A model generated the notes under the pieces. The model saw only the letters and a list, made by a program, of their open reading frames with translations, was not told the DNA's origin and searched no databases. Positions 1 to 9,385 of a DNA stretch of 64,000 nucleotides are shown here, piece after piece. The stretch's first letter is position 1. Each line of letters opens with the position of its first letter. Made by a program: the position numbers and the translations under genes. The stretch comes from Planctomycetota bacterium (GTDB lineage: Bacteria; Planctomycetota; MHYJ01; WSZJ01), in the NCBI GenBank assembly GCA_016190145.1, contig JACPRD010000169.1, forward strand, positions 1,445 to 65,444, written 5' to 3'.

Positions 1-39
1 CGTCGGGGACGAGCATCAGTAGGATTCCTCCCCGATCGT

Positions 40-111
40 TCCCCGCTAGCTCAATGGTAGAGTAACCGGCTGTTAACCGGTGTGTTGGAGGTTCGAGTCC
101 TCCGCGGGGAG
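40..111 (+). tRNA. tRNA-Asn (anticodon GTT)
   Basis: 72-nt cloverleaf. 7-bp acceptor stem TCCCCGC/GCGGGGA, D-arm GCTC-AATGGTA-GAGT, anticodon stem ACCGG/CCGGT with loop CTGTTAA (GTT at 72-74), T-arm GGAGG-TTCGAGT-CCTCC, discriminator G. CCA not encoded. Confidence 0.9.
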
Positions 112-381
112 TCGAAGCGCAGCTCGCTGCCAAGCCGCCGCGCTTCTTGTGTTTTCAGCCCGCTCGCTGCCGCAAACACCCCGCGGAAGACTCGACCCCT
201 TCGACTCGGACGCGCATCCGCGCGCCCTCGCTCAGGGCAGGAGGGCATGAGCGACCCCGGAGGACGCGCCAGTGGCGCGTCCGCAGGGGTCAGCGCGGCA
301 GGATGCCGCGCTGAGCGAATTCCCCGGCCCGGAAGGAGCCCGCAGGATGCGGGCGACCGGAGGGGAGTCCTCCGCGGGGAG
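108..381. repeat. tRNA-proximal structured repeat, copy 1; ends with 17-bp duplicate of tRNA-Asn 3' end (365-381 = 95-111)
   Basis: gagtcctccgcggggag occurs at 95-111 and 365-381. Contains two perfect hairpins (ggacgcgcc-agtg-ggcgcgtcc; tcagcgcggc-agga-tgccgcgctga). Homologous to 4100-4332 and 5141-5240. Confidence 0.7.
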
Positions 382-757
382 CTGGTCCGGCGTTCCGTGC
401 ACGATCTACGGCGGTCCGGTTGACACCCCGGCCGCGTGCGAGGAACGCTGGCCATTTCAATCTGCGCGCGGGGTCGGGAGTTGCGGCGAGCGGCGGCGTC
501 AAGGCGGGATATTGAGCGTTCGGAAGAAGTTACAACCTGGACTCCATGCAGCGCCCCGGAGTGTACCGACGGCGAAATTTGTCGGGAATCCGGGCAGAGA
601 TACAAACCCACGCTGGTTGACGGACGAGAGCCGAAAAAGACCTCTCGCCGGTGCTGCTGACGTAGGACCCGGGCACCCTCGAGACGGTGCTCGATTGCCT
701 CTCGCCTCGGAGCGCGCCCCCCCCCCGCCGGACACGGAGCCGTTGCTCCTTTCGCCC

Positions 758-3397
758 CTACTGGCTGCTTATAAACACCGTCCAGTCTTTCTCGAGCCTC
801 TCCAGGTCCGGGATGAACTTCGACAGCGGCTCGGGCTTGCCCGCCTCGACCGCCTTGCGGAATTCCCTGTACCCGTCGCGGTATTTCGCGTTGTCGGTCT
901 GCGACAGGAAGTAGTTCAGCGCCCAGCACTCGCTGTAGAACAGGTTCGCCTTCGAAGCGTCGCTGTTGATGAGCTTGAGGGCGTCGCCCGCCATCAGTTC
1001 CACCAGGGGGATCTGCTTCTTGTCCAGCATCGCCTCGCGCGCGAACGCGAGCCTCGATTCGCTGATGTAGTTGAATTTCCAGGAGGCGCCCGCGCCCTTG
1101 AACCCCTCGAAATAGGTCGCCATCCCCTCGGCATGCCAGGAGGGAATCGCCGCGGGGGAGCAAATGCGGTAGTAGTAGAGGTGCGCGGCCTCGTGCGTCA
1201 TGGTCTGGAGGAGTTGCCAGAGGCTTCCGGTCTTGTTCCACCCCACGACGACGTTGGAGTCGGAAGACGCGAACCCGGCCGCGTTCAGGCTCTCCTCGGC
1301 CTTCTTCTCGACGCAGTACTTCCGGTAGTCCTCGTATGTTCCAAAGGCGAAGAGCGTCATCTTCTCCTTGCCCAGTTTCGGCTCGCGTCCGTCGTAGAAC
1401 GCCTTGAACTCCCCGTAGGCCACCTCCGCGAGGGCGGCGAGGTCCTTCGAGAATCCCTCGCTGGCGTTCGTGCGGATCTTGAAGTGCTCCGTCTCGAGCT
1501 CGTAGGCCGTCTCCCATTTCGACCGCAGGGCGTCGTACTCCTCGGCGCCCATCCACTGGTCCTTGTACTTCCGATACCCGGCCGCCAGCAGCTTCGACTC
1601 CTCGCCGCTCACCCACTTTCCCCCGACCTGGATCAGCCCCTTCGCCATCTGCGCCTTGTCGGCGGGTGTGACCCACCTGCCCTGGTAATGAACGAGCCCC
1701 TTCTCGAGGTTCGTCTTCTCTTCCGGCGTCACGTAAGTTCCCTTGTACAGGACGAACCCTCCCTTCGGCGCCGAGATTCCACGCTTGCGCGCGACGAGGT
1801 TGTCGATCGATCTCTTGAGGGTGGCCGCTCCCTTGGCGGCGCGCTCGATGTTCTCCTGGGCGGACTTGGCCTCGCCCACGTCCCATAGGAGGACGCCGAG
1901 GGCGTAACGCTCCTCGGGAGTCGACGCCTGCTGGTTGGCGAAGCGGAAGAAGTCCATCGGGTCCAGGTAGGCCCAGGGGAACTTGCCCGAGCCTTTCGGG
2001 AAGGTGAACTCAAACGCCTTGTTGTCGGCCTTTACGAGCGCCAGGTCCTGGGTGGACACCTTGACGTTCAGCTTCCTCTTCTTGTTGTTGATGGCGAGGA
2101 CGAGCTTGTCGAGCGCGGACGCCATCCCCTTGATCTCGGCGAGGCGCGTCTCGACCTCTTTCTTCCTCACGGGCGACACCAGGCTGGGCAGGAGCTTTCC
2201 GTACTCCCCTGCCGCCCGCGCGAACTCGTACCGCCGCACCAGCGTCTCGATTTCCGCCACGGTCAGGAGGTGCGTCGCAAGCTCGTACCGCAGCTGCCGG
2301 CCCGTGTCCCCGCCCTTCTCCAGCGTAATCTCCTCGTCGATCGGCGCCACGAACTCATCCAGCCCCGGGATGCGCTTCGCCCACGCCGTCAGGTAGGGGT
2401 TCAGGCGGCGCGCATCGGCCAGTGTGGCGCGGGCCTCTGCGAACCGCTCGAGTTTCCATTGGGCGGCGCCGAGCCAGAAGAGGCAGAAGAAATCGGTGCG
2501 GGGCGCGCGCGTTGCGAGAAAGTCGAGGCACTCGACGTAACGCTCGGCGAGAAAGAGACAGCGGGCCTTGTGGCTGATCGTGAAGACGTGATCCAGCTTG
2601 GCGCCGAAATCCGCGTAGCCGACCATGGCGTCGTTGAAGTCGTATTTGAAGTAGCCCGGAGTGCAGCGGATGTAGGCCTGAGCGAAGGAGACCTCCACCG
2701 TGTAGGGGCGGACCTGGAGCTCGCGCACGGTCTTGAGCGCGTCATCGAGGTGGCCGAGGTCGCATTCGACCTGGGCCCGGCACCGGAGCAGCGAGTTCCC
2801 CACGTCGGGGCGGCAACCCTGCGCCTTCGATGTCGCGATGACGCCGTCGAAATCCCCCTGCAGGTACTGCATTTCAGCCAGCCATGCGGCGACGTTCGGG
2901 TCGGACGCCTGGGCGACCTTGAGCTGCTTGACAGACTCGTCGACCTGGCCGAGGTACCCCAGACTCCACGACTTCAGGTTCTGCGTGACCGCCTCGCCGG
3001 GTACGACTCTCAAGATCTCGTCGCACCCCGCCACCACTTCCTGCCAGCGCGCCAGCTGCGACAGCATGGTGCAGCGGAACAGCATCCAGTCCCAGTAGCC
3101 CCGTTTGTCGAGCTTCAGCCTCTCGATGATTTCGAGCGCCATCCCGAGGTCCTCGAGCGCCAGGGTGTGTTTCCCAATCCTTCCCCGGCAGGCCCCCCGA
3201 TTTCCCAGGATCGTCGCGCGATCCGCCTCCAGCGGGCCCGCCGCCAGCGCTTCGGTGAACTTCGCGTCGGCACCCTGCAGGTCGCCCCGCATGTATCGCT
3301 CGGCACCTTCCTGGCACAGGCGCGCCGATTCGGCAGGATCCGCGCTGCAGGAAACCCCGGAGGCGAACAAAGCGGCAGTCAGGAGCATGAGGCGCAT
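758..3397 (-). CDS. Secreted TPR-repeat protein with C-terminal DUF1570-like HExxH (peptidase MA-like) domain
   Basis: ORF 758..3934 trimmed to Met180 (MRLMLLTAALFASGVSCSA signal peptide). SD GGAGGA upstream of ATG at 3397. TPR-like N-terminal half. C-terminal motif HEAAHLYYY followed by WHAEGMATYFEG. Confidence 0.75.
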   Translation of the reverse strand: MRLMLLTAALFASGVSCSADPAESARLCQEGAERYMRGDLQGADAKFTEALAAGPLEADRATILGNRGACRGRIGKHTLALEDLGMALEIIERLKLDKRGYWDWMLFRCTMLSQLARWQEVVAGCDEILRVVPGEAVTQNLKSWSLGYLGQVDESVKQLKVAQASDPNVAAWLAEMQYLQGDFDGVIATSKAQGCRPDVGNSLLRCRAQVECDLGHLDDALKTVRELQVRPYTVEVSFAQAYIRCTPGYFKYDFNDAMVGYADFGAKLDHVFTISHKARCLFLAERYVECLDFLATRAPRTDFFCLFWLGAAQWKLERFAEARATLADARRLNPYLTAWAKRIPGLDEFVAPIDEEITLEKGGDTGRQLRYELATHLLTVAEIETLVRRYEFARAAGEYGKLLPSLVSPVRKKEVETRLAEIKGMASALDKLVLAINNKKRKLNVKVSTQDLALVKADNKAFEFTFPKGSGKFPWAYLDPMDFFRFANQQASTPEERYALGVLLWDVGEAKSAQENIERAAKGAATLKRSIDNLVARKRGISAPKGGFVLYKGTYVTPEEKTNLEKGLVHYQGRWVTPADKAQMAKGLIQVGGKWVSGEESKLLAAGYRKYKDQWMGAEEYDALRSKWETAYELETEHFKIRTNASEGFSKDLAALAEVAYGEFKAFYDGREPKLGKEKMTLFAFGTYEDYRKYCVEKKAEESLNAAGFASSDSNVVVGWNKTGSLWQLLQTMTHEAAHLYYYRICSPAAIPSWHAEGMATYFEGFKGAGASWKFNYISESRLAFAREAMLDKKQIPLVELMAGDALKLINSDASKANLFYSECWALNYFLSQTDNAKYRDGYREFRKAVEAGKPEPLSKFIPDLERLEKDWTVFISSQ

Positions 3398-4099
3398 CAG
3401 ATCCTCCAGAAAAAAGAAACCGCTGGGCATCCAGCGAGCTGCCGCGCCGACGCGGAAGCCGGAATCAGAATACTCTTGGCCTTGCCCGCCATTCCAATGG
3501 ATTTCGAAGCCCGTCGCCTCATGTAGCGGTCCGGGAAGTGAGAGCGTGAGGCAGGAAATCCGGCGAGTGCGGACGTCTTTCCACCAGCGCCGGACGTTGG
3601 TGACGGTGACGGCGAAGGAGCGGGCCGTTTCTTCGATGCGGAGGCCGTGCATTATCTGGAACGCGAGAATGAAGTTATCCCATCCTCCCCGCACGCTGGG
3701 GGCCACCGGAACGCGCGACGTCGCGGCAGGAGCCGCGATCGGACGCCGCGCGAGGATTCGCTCGCTCCAGATTTCGCGCGGCCCCGGCGGGCACGTCGCG
3801 GCCACCTCTTCCGACGCCCTCCCGTGGGACTCCAGTCCCCTGCTCAGACGGTGGCGGCGGACTCGATCGCGTCCATATACCGCTCCCTGCGATTCAAGCG
3901 GCACGACGCACTCGGTCGCAAACGCGGTTAACAAGTCGGCGTGAGGACGCAGGTCGAGGCGCCGCAGGCGCCCACATCCGCTGAGCAGTTGTTTCGACCT
4001 ACTGTGGATTGCATTGCGGCAGAAAGATTTGCGACTCGCCCCGAAAACCGGCTCCGGTTCGTAACCCGTCCACTCCGGGGAGTTCCGTTCACCTCAGCC

Positions 4100-4332
4100 C
4101 GATCGCGCCACTCTTGTGCCGTGCCCTCAGTCCCACCGCAAACGCCCGCGGACGACGAGACCCTTCACCTCGGGCGCGCATCCGCGCGCCCTCGCTCAGG
4201 GCAGGAGGGCATGAGCGACCCCGGAGGACGCGCCAGTGGCGCGTCCGCAGGGGGCAGCCCGGCCAGCTTGCCCGGACGTAGCTCGCCGCATGCGAGCGCA
4301 GGCGGAATGCGGGCGACCGGAGGGGAATTCTC
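4100..4332. repeat. tRNA-proximal structured repeat, copy 2 (about 85 bp identical to 211-290 plus a degenerate att-like end)
   Basis: gcgcatccgcgcgccctcgctcagggcaggagggcatgagcgaccccggaggacgcgccagtggcgcgtccgcagggg is shared with copy 1. The terminal cgggcgaccggaggggaattctccgcgaaac is a degraded match to copy-1 351-381. Confidence 0.65.
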
Positions 4333-4420
4333 CGCGAAACGTTCGGATCTGCCTCTGATCGGGAGACCGGGCGAGATGAAATCCGAAACGTGTCTTGCGA
4401 TGACGCGGATGTCCTCACAT

Positions 4421-5083
4421 TCAGATGCCGTGCGACCGGCAGCCACGCCTGGCCTTCCCATGCAGCGCACACTGCGCCTGCCTGCCGAGAGAAGGTCGCA
4501 GGCCCCGCCGGCATCGGCACGGCGAGAGCATCTCTCCTCTCTCCAGACACTTCAGCAGCTTCGATGCCTGCGGGTAGTCACCGTCTGCGGCGGCCTGGCG
4601 AAGCAACTCGGCAGCTCTTCTGCGATCGCGCTGGCCGTCCCGGAGGTCCAGAATTGCGACCGCGAGATGGTAGAGCGCTTCCTCACGTGAGTATTCGCAA
4701 ATCCACCGGGATCGGGCGGCAGCACGATAGGCTCTGCGCGCGGCGAGATCATCCTGCCGGACTCCGATCCCGTATTGATAACAGTAGCCCAGCTCAAGGA
4801 GAGCCGAGCCATCGCGCGCAATCCGCGGGAGTCCCGACAAGAGCCGGACGGCCGCGGAGAAATACACTCGCCGAGCCGCGGCACGTTGCCACCACTCGAA
4901 GGCTCGTCTCCGGTTCCCAGCCATCCGATAAGTCGCGGCGATGTTGTTGATCCGCACCGCCTCGTTGCCGCCGTAAGGCGCCAGCCGCTTAAAGCGCGCG
5001 ATCTTGCTGCGATACCGGGTCGAACTCCGCACGTTGGGCCTCCAGTCTGCAGGATCGGCGTCCGGCGGTTGGTGTCGAAGCAT
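4421..5083 (-). CDS. Sel1-like repeat protein (hypothetical)
   Basis: ORF 4421..5200. Sel1/TPR-like repeats (GYCYQYGIGVRQDDLAARRAYRAAA...). Start placed at Met40; N-terminal extension overlaps repeat copy 3. C-terminal tail is low quality. Confidence 0.45.
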   Translation of the reverse strand: MLRHQPPDADPADWRPNVRSSTRYRSKIARFKRLAPYGGNEAVRINNIAATYRMAGNRRRAFEWWQRAAARRVYFSAAVRLLSGLPRIARDGSALLELGYCYQYGIGVRQDDLAARRAYRAAARSRWICEYSREEALYHLAVAILDLRDGQRDRRRAAELLRQAAADGDYPQASKLLKCLERGEMLSPCRCRRGLRPSLGRQAQCALHGKARRGCRSHGI

Positions 5084-5140
5084 ACCCAGGATGATACGCA
5101 GCGAATCAAGGTTCGCGCGCGAGCCGGTCAACAAGTCGAG

Positions 5141-5240
5141 AAAGGAGGGAGAGTCGAAGCGCAGCGGCCACCCAGGCCGCCGCGCTTCTTGTGTGTCCAA
5201 TCAGCACGTTGCCGCAAACGCCCGCCGAGGGAAATCCTCG
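5141..5240. repeat. tRNA-proximal structured repeat, copy 3 (homologous to 108-215)
   Basis: gagtcgaagcgcagc...gccgccgcgcttcttgtgt...gccgcaaac is shared with the segment immediately 3' of tRNA-Asn. Confidence 0.6.
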
Positions 5241-5269
5241 GCTCGGACGCCCGATTCTCCGCTTCCCTG

Positions 5270-5623
5270 CTACCCCCCCGCCGGCTCTCCAATCGCCCAC
5301 CCGCTCGCGCTCTCGCGCTGGTGCACGTCCTCCAGCGTGATTGCCGTCGCGAGCGGCTCTTTCTTCTCCGTGATGTTGGTGCCCGACGGGAACAGCTCGC
5401 GGTTTTTGGCGATCCAGGGCTTGTAGGGCTCCGGCACGTCGTCTTCGGGGTAGATCGCGTGGACCGGGCATTCCGGGATGCACAGGCCGCAGTCGATGCA
5501 GGTGTCGGGATCGATCACGAGCATCGCGGGGCTCTGAAGTTCCCAGAAGCACTGGACCGGGCAGACGGTCGCGCAGTCCGTGTAGCGGCAGTCGACGCAG
5601 CGTTCGGTCACGATGTGAGGCAT
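5270..5623 (-). CDS. fdxA: 7Fe ferredoxin (FdxA-type, [3Fe-4S][4Fe-4S])
   Basis: MPHIVTERCVDCRYTDCATVCPVQCF...IDPDTCIDCGLCIPECPVHAIY. ATG at 5623 with SD GGAGGA. Confidence 0.85.
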   Translation of the reverse strand: MPHIVTERCVDCRYTDCATVCPVQCFWELQSPAMLVIDPDTCIDCGLCIPECPVHAIYPEDDVPEPYKPWIAKNRELFPSGTNITEKKEPLATAITLEDVHQRESASGWAIGEPAGG

Positions 5624-5735
5624 GGTCAGGTCCTCCGATGTGGGACCTCCCCGCCCGTTCCTCCCGGGCGCCGCGATTGAAGCGGCGCCGGCGCGGCCTG
5701 CCGAAGGAGCCGCACCTGATGACATTCTAACTCCC

Positions 5736-6479
5736 TCAGTCCTTCGACAGGGTTTCTTCCGCGCGCCTGCGGACCTTATCGGACGGGTCCGATAGCCGGG
5801 CGCTCTCCAGCGCCGCTTTGACCTCGGGATCGTTTCGCCAGGTATCCAGGTCTTTTGCCGCCTGCTCGCGAACCCGGGCCTCGCCGTCCCTGGCGAGTGC
5901 CTGCAGCACGGCCTGCTTGAGACGCGGGGAGTCGATGCCGTGCATGTTTCGAATCACGCTTGCGCGCACGTCGGCGTCGTCGCAGGCCTCCAGCAGTGCC
6001 GCCATGCTGTCCACGACGGCGCCGCGTTCGTCCGGCGACTTCGTGCGCAGCATCACGAGCGCCCGGATTCGATCCTGCGGCGCTATGGCGGCATCGTTGA
6101 TCTGCGTTCTCAGGGAGGCGGTGTCGTCGACCTGCGCGGGTACGGAGGGTTCGGCGATCTTCGAGTCGAGTTTCGCCTCGATGTCGGCGAGTCGTTTGGC
6201 GATCCGGTCTAGTTCCTGCCGCAGCCCGTCCAGCCGCCCGCTGACTGCAGCGTCCGGTTCGCCCGCCGTCGCCCCGGGGATGTTCATCGAGTCCACCCTG
6301 GATCTCAAGGCCCTGATGGAAGCACCGAGAGAGCCGAGTTCCTCCTTCATCGCCCTGAGATCCTCGGCCGACGCCCCGCCGTCTTCGCGACCGGTATTCG
6401 ACCGTGACTGGGCGATCACCGCCAGGAGCGCGGCAATGCTGAGCGCGATTGCGACGGCCGCAGAAAGTTGGCGTGGCAT
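5736..6479 (-). CDS. Membrane-anchored HEAT/PBS-lyase-like repeat protein with coiled coil (hypothetical)
   Basis: N-terminal TM segment (AAVAIALSIAALLAVIA), central coiled coil, C-terminal HEAT-like repeats. Confidence 0.5.
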   Translation of the reverse strand: MPRQLSAAVAIALSIAALLAVIAQSRSNTGREDGGASAEDLRAMKEELGSLGASIRALRSRVDSMNIPGATAGEPDAAVSGRLDGLRQELDRIAKRLADIEAKLDSKIAEPSVPAQVDDTASLRTQINDAAIAPQDRIRALVMLRTKSPDERGAVVDSMAALLEACDDADVRASVIRNMHGIDSPRLKQAVLQALARDGEARVREQAAKDLDTWRNDPEVKAALESARLSDPSDKVRRRAEETLSKD

Positions 6480-6532
6480 TCAGAATCAGTATACATGACC
6501 CCCTGTGAAAGACGATTTGGCGCCGCGCCGAA

Positions 6533-7042
6533 TCACCCTCCCCTCTCCGCCGCCCGCGCCAGCACGTCCGCCCGCCGCGCCATGTACGGCAGCCGGCCGC
6601 GGCCGTACATGCGCAGGACGCCTGCGGCCGCCTCCGCGAGCGGCATTCCCGCGGCCGAGACGTAGAGCGGGCTCCGGCTCCGCCCGCGTTTCACGGTCTC
6701 CACCGGCTCCGCGCCGCGGTACCGCGTCTTCGCCACGCCGACGACCGCCGCCCGGCCGCCCAGCGACTCGTGCAGCCGCGCGCCGAGACCCGGATGCGCT
6801 TCCCCACCCAGCCAGGCGTAGGCGTCGACGAGGACGATTTCGGGAAGCGCCGGAAGCTGTTCGAGGAGGCGGAGGAGGCAGGGCATTTCGCGGCGGTAGA
6901 ACTGGCCGGGGACGTAGGGGGCGACGCCGTCGACGCGAAGGGTCCACTCGCGGAGAGGAGACTTCGCTTCCCAGGACTCGAACAGCACGCCGGCGCCGAA
7001 GCCGAAGGGGTCGCGGTAGCAGACGTCGAGGCAGGCGAGCAT
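6533..7042 (-). CDS. nfi: Endonuclease V (deoxyinosine 3' endonuclease), N-terminally short
   Basis: LDVCY...VAPYVPGQFYRREMPCLL...IVLVDAYAWLGGEAHPGLGARLHESLGGRAAVVGVAKTRYRG aligns with E. coli Nfi residues ~35-190. An in-frame stop at 7082-7084 prevents a longer N-terminus. Confidence 0.65.
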   Translation of the reverse strand: MLACLDVCYRDPFGFGAGVLFESWEAKSPLREWTLRVDGVAPYVPGQFYRREMPCLLRLLEQLPALPEIVLVDAYAWLGGEAHPGLGARLHESLGGRAAVVGVAKTRYRGAEPVETVKRGRSRSPLYVSAAGMPLAEAAAGVLRMYGRGRLPYMARRADVLARAAERGG

Positions 7043-7107
7043 CAGGAGATTGTAGGGTCGGGACTGACCGGGGCGCTCAATTCACCAGCCTTCGGTTCGA
7101 ATCCAGC

Positions 7108-9252
7108 CTATTTCGGCGCGCCCGGCACCACCTTGATCGAGTCGCCGTAGACCCTTCCCCTCTCGCCCGTCGCCCGCGCCTCCTCCAGCAGGCGCTTCGC
7201 CGTCGGCTTCGGTTTCCAGGTCGTGTCCGCCTCGGGCCCGTGGATCACGATCTCCTCTCCCATCAGGGCGGCGTCATGGAAGATCTCGACCTCCCGGGGA
7301 CCGCCGGCGAGGATGCGGAATCGGAGCTTACCGTTTTCCAGGATGGCCTCGACTCCGGTTTTTTCGCCGAGCTTGAAGCGGGCGTCCGTCTGGTCCCAGG
7401 AATCGCCGTCAGCGCGGCGGATCGCGAGCCAGGAGTTCCTGCCCTCGTAGGCGCTGACGGCGAAGTGAGCCAGCTGGGTCCGGGAAGCGGGGCGGCGGCG
7501 TTCGTTCATCCAGCGGAGGGCCCAGGGGTGGCGCCACGGCAGGCGCGCGTCGCCCAGGAAGCCCGCTTCGACGTATTCCGGTTTCGCGCCGAGCGCCCGC
7601 AGTTCCTTCACGGCTCGCCGGCATCTCAGCGTCTGCACGCCATTGAATTCTCCGATCATGACCAGAAGGGGGACGGGGGCCAGGTTGGGGAGGAGCGGAT
7701 GGTCCTCTCCGAGAGTATTAGGCCCCGCGGCCTCCGCAAGAACGGCGGCCCAGCGGTCCGGGTATGTCTGGGCCAGGCGCCAGGCGACGACCGCTCCCGA
7801 GCCCAGCCCGTACAGGTAGACGCGATCCGGATCCACGTTGAACTCGAGGCAGGCCCGCCGGACGGCGTGCATGACCGCGAGATTCGCCTCCTCCGTTCGC
7901 ACCACCGTAGCGTTCCTGTACAGCGTCGGGCATGCCAGGATCATGCCCGCTTCGTCGGCGAACGCGCCCCAGGCCGCGATGTCTTCCTGTGGCGTGTGAT
8001 TCTGAGTGTGAAGCGTGACGAGCAGAGGCCAGCGGGTCCACGGGTGATAGTCGCGCGGAAAACTGAGCCACAGATCCCCGTTCCGACCTGACCTGGGCGC
8101 GGGGCCCGGGTGAAGCCCGCGTCGCACGATTGCTGACGCCTCCTCGACGGACGGGTCGAGTGCGAGGACGTCATCGAGAGAGGCGCCGCGGAGGTAGGCG
8201 AGCGTCGCCTTCTCGATTCCCGCAAATCTGAGCGGATCGTTCAGGGCGGAGGCAGGAAGATCCGAACCGTAGACGTAAGCGAACCGGATTCGAAGCAGGC
8301 GAGACGCAGGGTCTCCTTCTTCGGGAATCCGTCCTTCCTTCGCGAGCGCGTCGAGCGCGGCTTTAGCCTCTGGCAATTCAACGAAGGGCTCGGGCCACTC
8401 TACGCCGGGCGCCTGGGCGCGCAGCCCGGCCCAGGCATCGGCGTCAGGCTCGGGACGTTTTCGGGGTTCCGGCGCATTGCCCCGAAATTCACTCTTGAGC
8501 GGATCCGGGAGATCCAGCCCGATGCACTCCGCAGTCCAGCGGAAAGTGCGGAGTCCGAGTTCTCGGTTTTCAAAGACCGAGCCCCCATTTGTCAGAATCG
8601 TCGCCTGCAGCTCGATGACTTCCTTGCTCGTCCCTTTTCCCGGTCGCGCCCAGTCCCCCTCCAGGATGAGCCTGTTCCCTTCGTATTTTTCCGAGATCTG
8701 CTTCATGAGAACGGCTTTTGGAAGCGGGACCGCGACTCGCTCCTTGTCGCGGATCATCTCGGGCGACAGCCGGAACGCCGAAAGCCGGGGCACCCCGAGC
8801 GCGAGTTCGCACGTCCATTGTCCTTCCGACACTTCAGGCTTCATCTGCGGGTATTTGCGGGCCAGGGGGCCGGCGACGCCCGCCAGCACTCGGCCGTCTT
8901 GGAGCGTGAACTGCGTCAGCTCGATTTCGTCCGGCAACGCATCGAGACCGATCGCTTTCATGTCCTCGCGCTGAAGATCCGCACTGACCCGGGCCAGCCA
9001 CGCTTCGCCCAGTTCGGCGTCGTAGAAAAACTGGGTCAGGTCGCGCATGATGGCGCGGGCTTCGTCGACGCGGGTGGCCTCCCTGATGGCGCGCACGAGG
9101 GCATCGCAGCGCTGAGCCGGCTCCATACCCGATTTCTTTACGGATTCCACGGAGCGAGCGTATAGATCGGCGCAATCTTGTGGGACTTGAGCAAGAACGG
9201 GAACGGGCGCGCAGAGAATCGTCGCCAGGCAGGCTATGGCGAAGTGTCTCAT
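7108..9252 (-). CDS. Secreted alpha/beta-hydrolase-fold esterase-like protein (paralog of 28602..30302)
   Basis: ORF 7108..9369 trimmed to Met40 (MRHFAIACLATILCAPVPVLAQ signal peptide). Hydrolase core ...LHTQNH...VYLYGLGSGAVVAW... Same C-terminal architecture as the esterase at 28602. Confidence 0.55.
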   Translation of the reverse strand: MRHFAIACLATILCAPVPVLAQVPQDCADLYARSVESVKKSGMEPAQRCDALVRAIREATRVDEARAIMRDLTQFFYDAELGEAWLARVSADLQREDMKAIGLDALPDEIELTQFTLQDGRVLAGVAGPLARKYPQMKPEVSEGQWTCELALGVPRLSAFRLSPEMIRDKERVAVPLPKAVLMKQISEKYEGNRLILEGDWARPGKGTSKEVIELQATILTNGGSVFENRELGLRTFRWTAECIGLDLPDPLKSEFRGNAPEPRKRPEPDADAWAGLRAQAPGVEWPEPFVELPEAKAALDALAKEGRIPEEGDPASRLLRIRFAYVYGSDLPASALNDPLRFAGIEKATLAYLRGASLDDVLALDPSVEEASAIVRRGLHPGPAPRSGRNGDLWLSFPRDYHPWTRWPLLVTLHTQNHTPQEDIAAWGAFADEAGMILACPTLYRNATVVRTEEANLAVMHAVRRACLEFNVDPDRVYLYGLGSGAVVAWRLAQTYPDRWAAVLAEAAGPNTLGEDHPLLPNLAPVPLLVMIGEFNGVQTLRCRRAVKELRALGAKPEYVEAGFLGDARLPWRHPWALRWMNERRRPASRTQLAHFAVSAYEGRNSWLAIRRADGDSWDQTDARFKLGEKTGVEAILENGKLRFRILAGGPREVEIFHDAALMGEEIVIHGPEADTTWKPKPTAKRLLEEARATGERGRVYGDSIKVVPGAPK

Positions 9253-9385
9253 CAATCGTCGGCTGCGCGGTTGCCCTTCCGTCGGCTCCGCGGCCAGCCC
9301 CCTCATTGGACAGTGGGCGCGGGTCCCTTTCACGCCGCATTGTAGCAGGCGGGGGCAGTTCGACGTCACCTGCAGATCCGCCGCC

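Noticed and set aside
51-1888. ORFs 51..1886 (-) and 272..1888 (+), 538-611 aa
   Set aside because: Alternative frames over the well-supported TPR-DUF1570 gene (758..3397). Arg/Gly-rich nonsense translations.
3941-4690. 249-aa plus-strand ORF spanning repeat copy 2
   Set aside because: No domain. Its sequence is dictated by the structured repeat. A similar nonsense peptide appears over copy 1 (82..423).
6505-8091. 528-aa plus-strand ORF
   Set aside because: Antisense to nfi and the esterase gene. Arg-rich low complexity.
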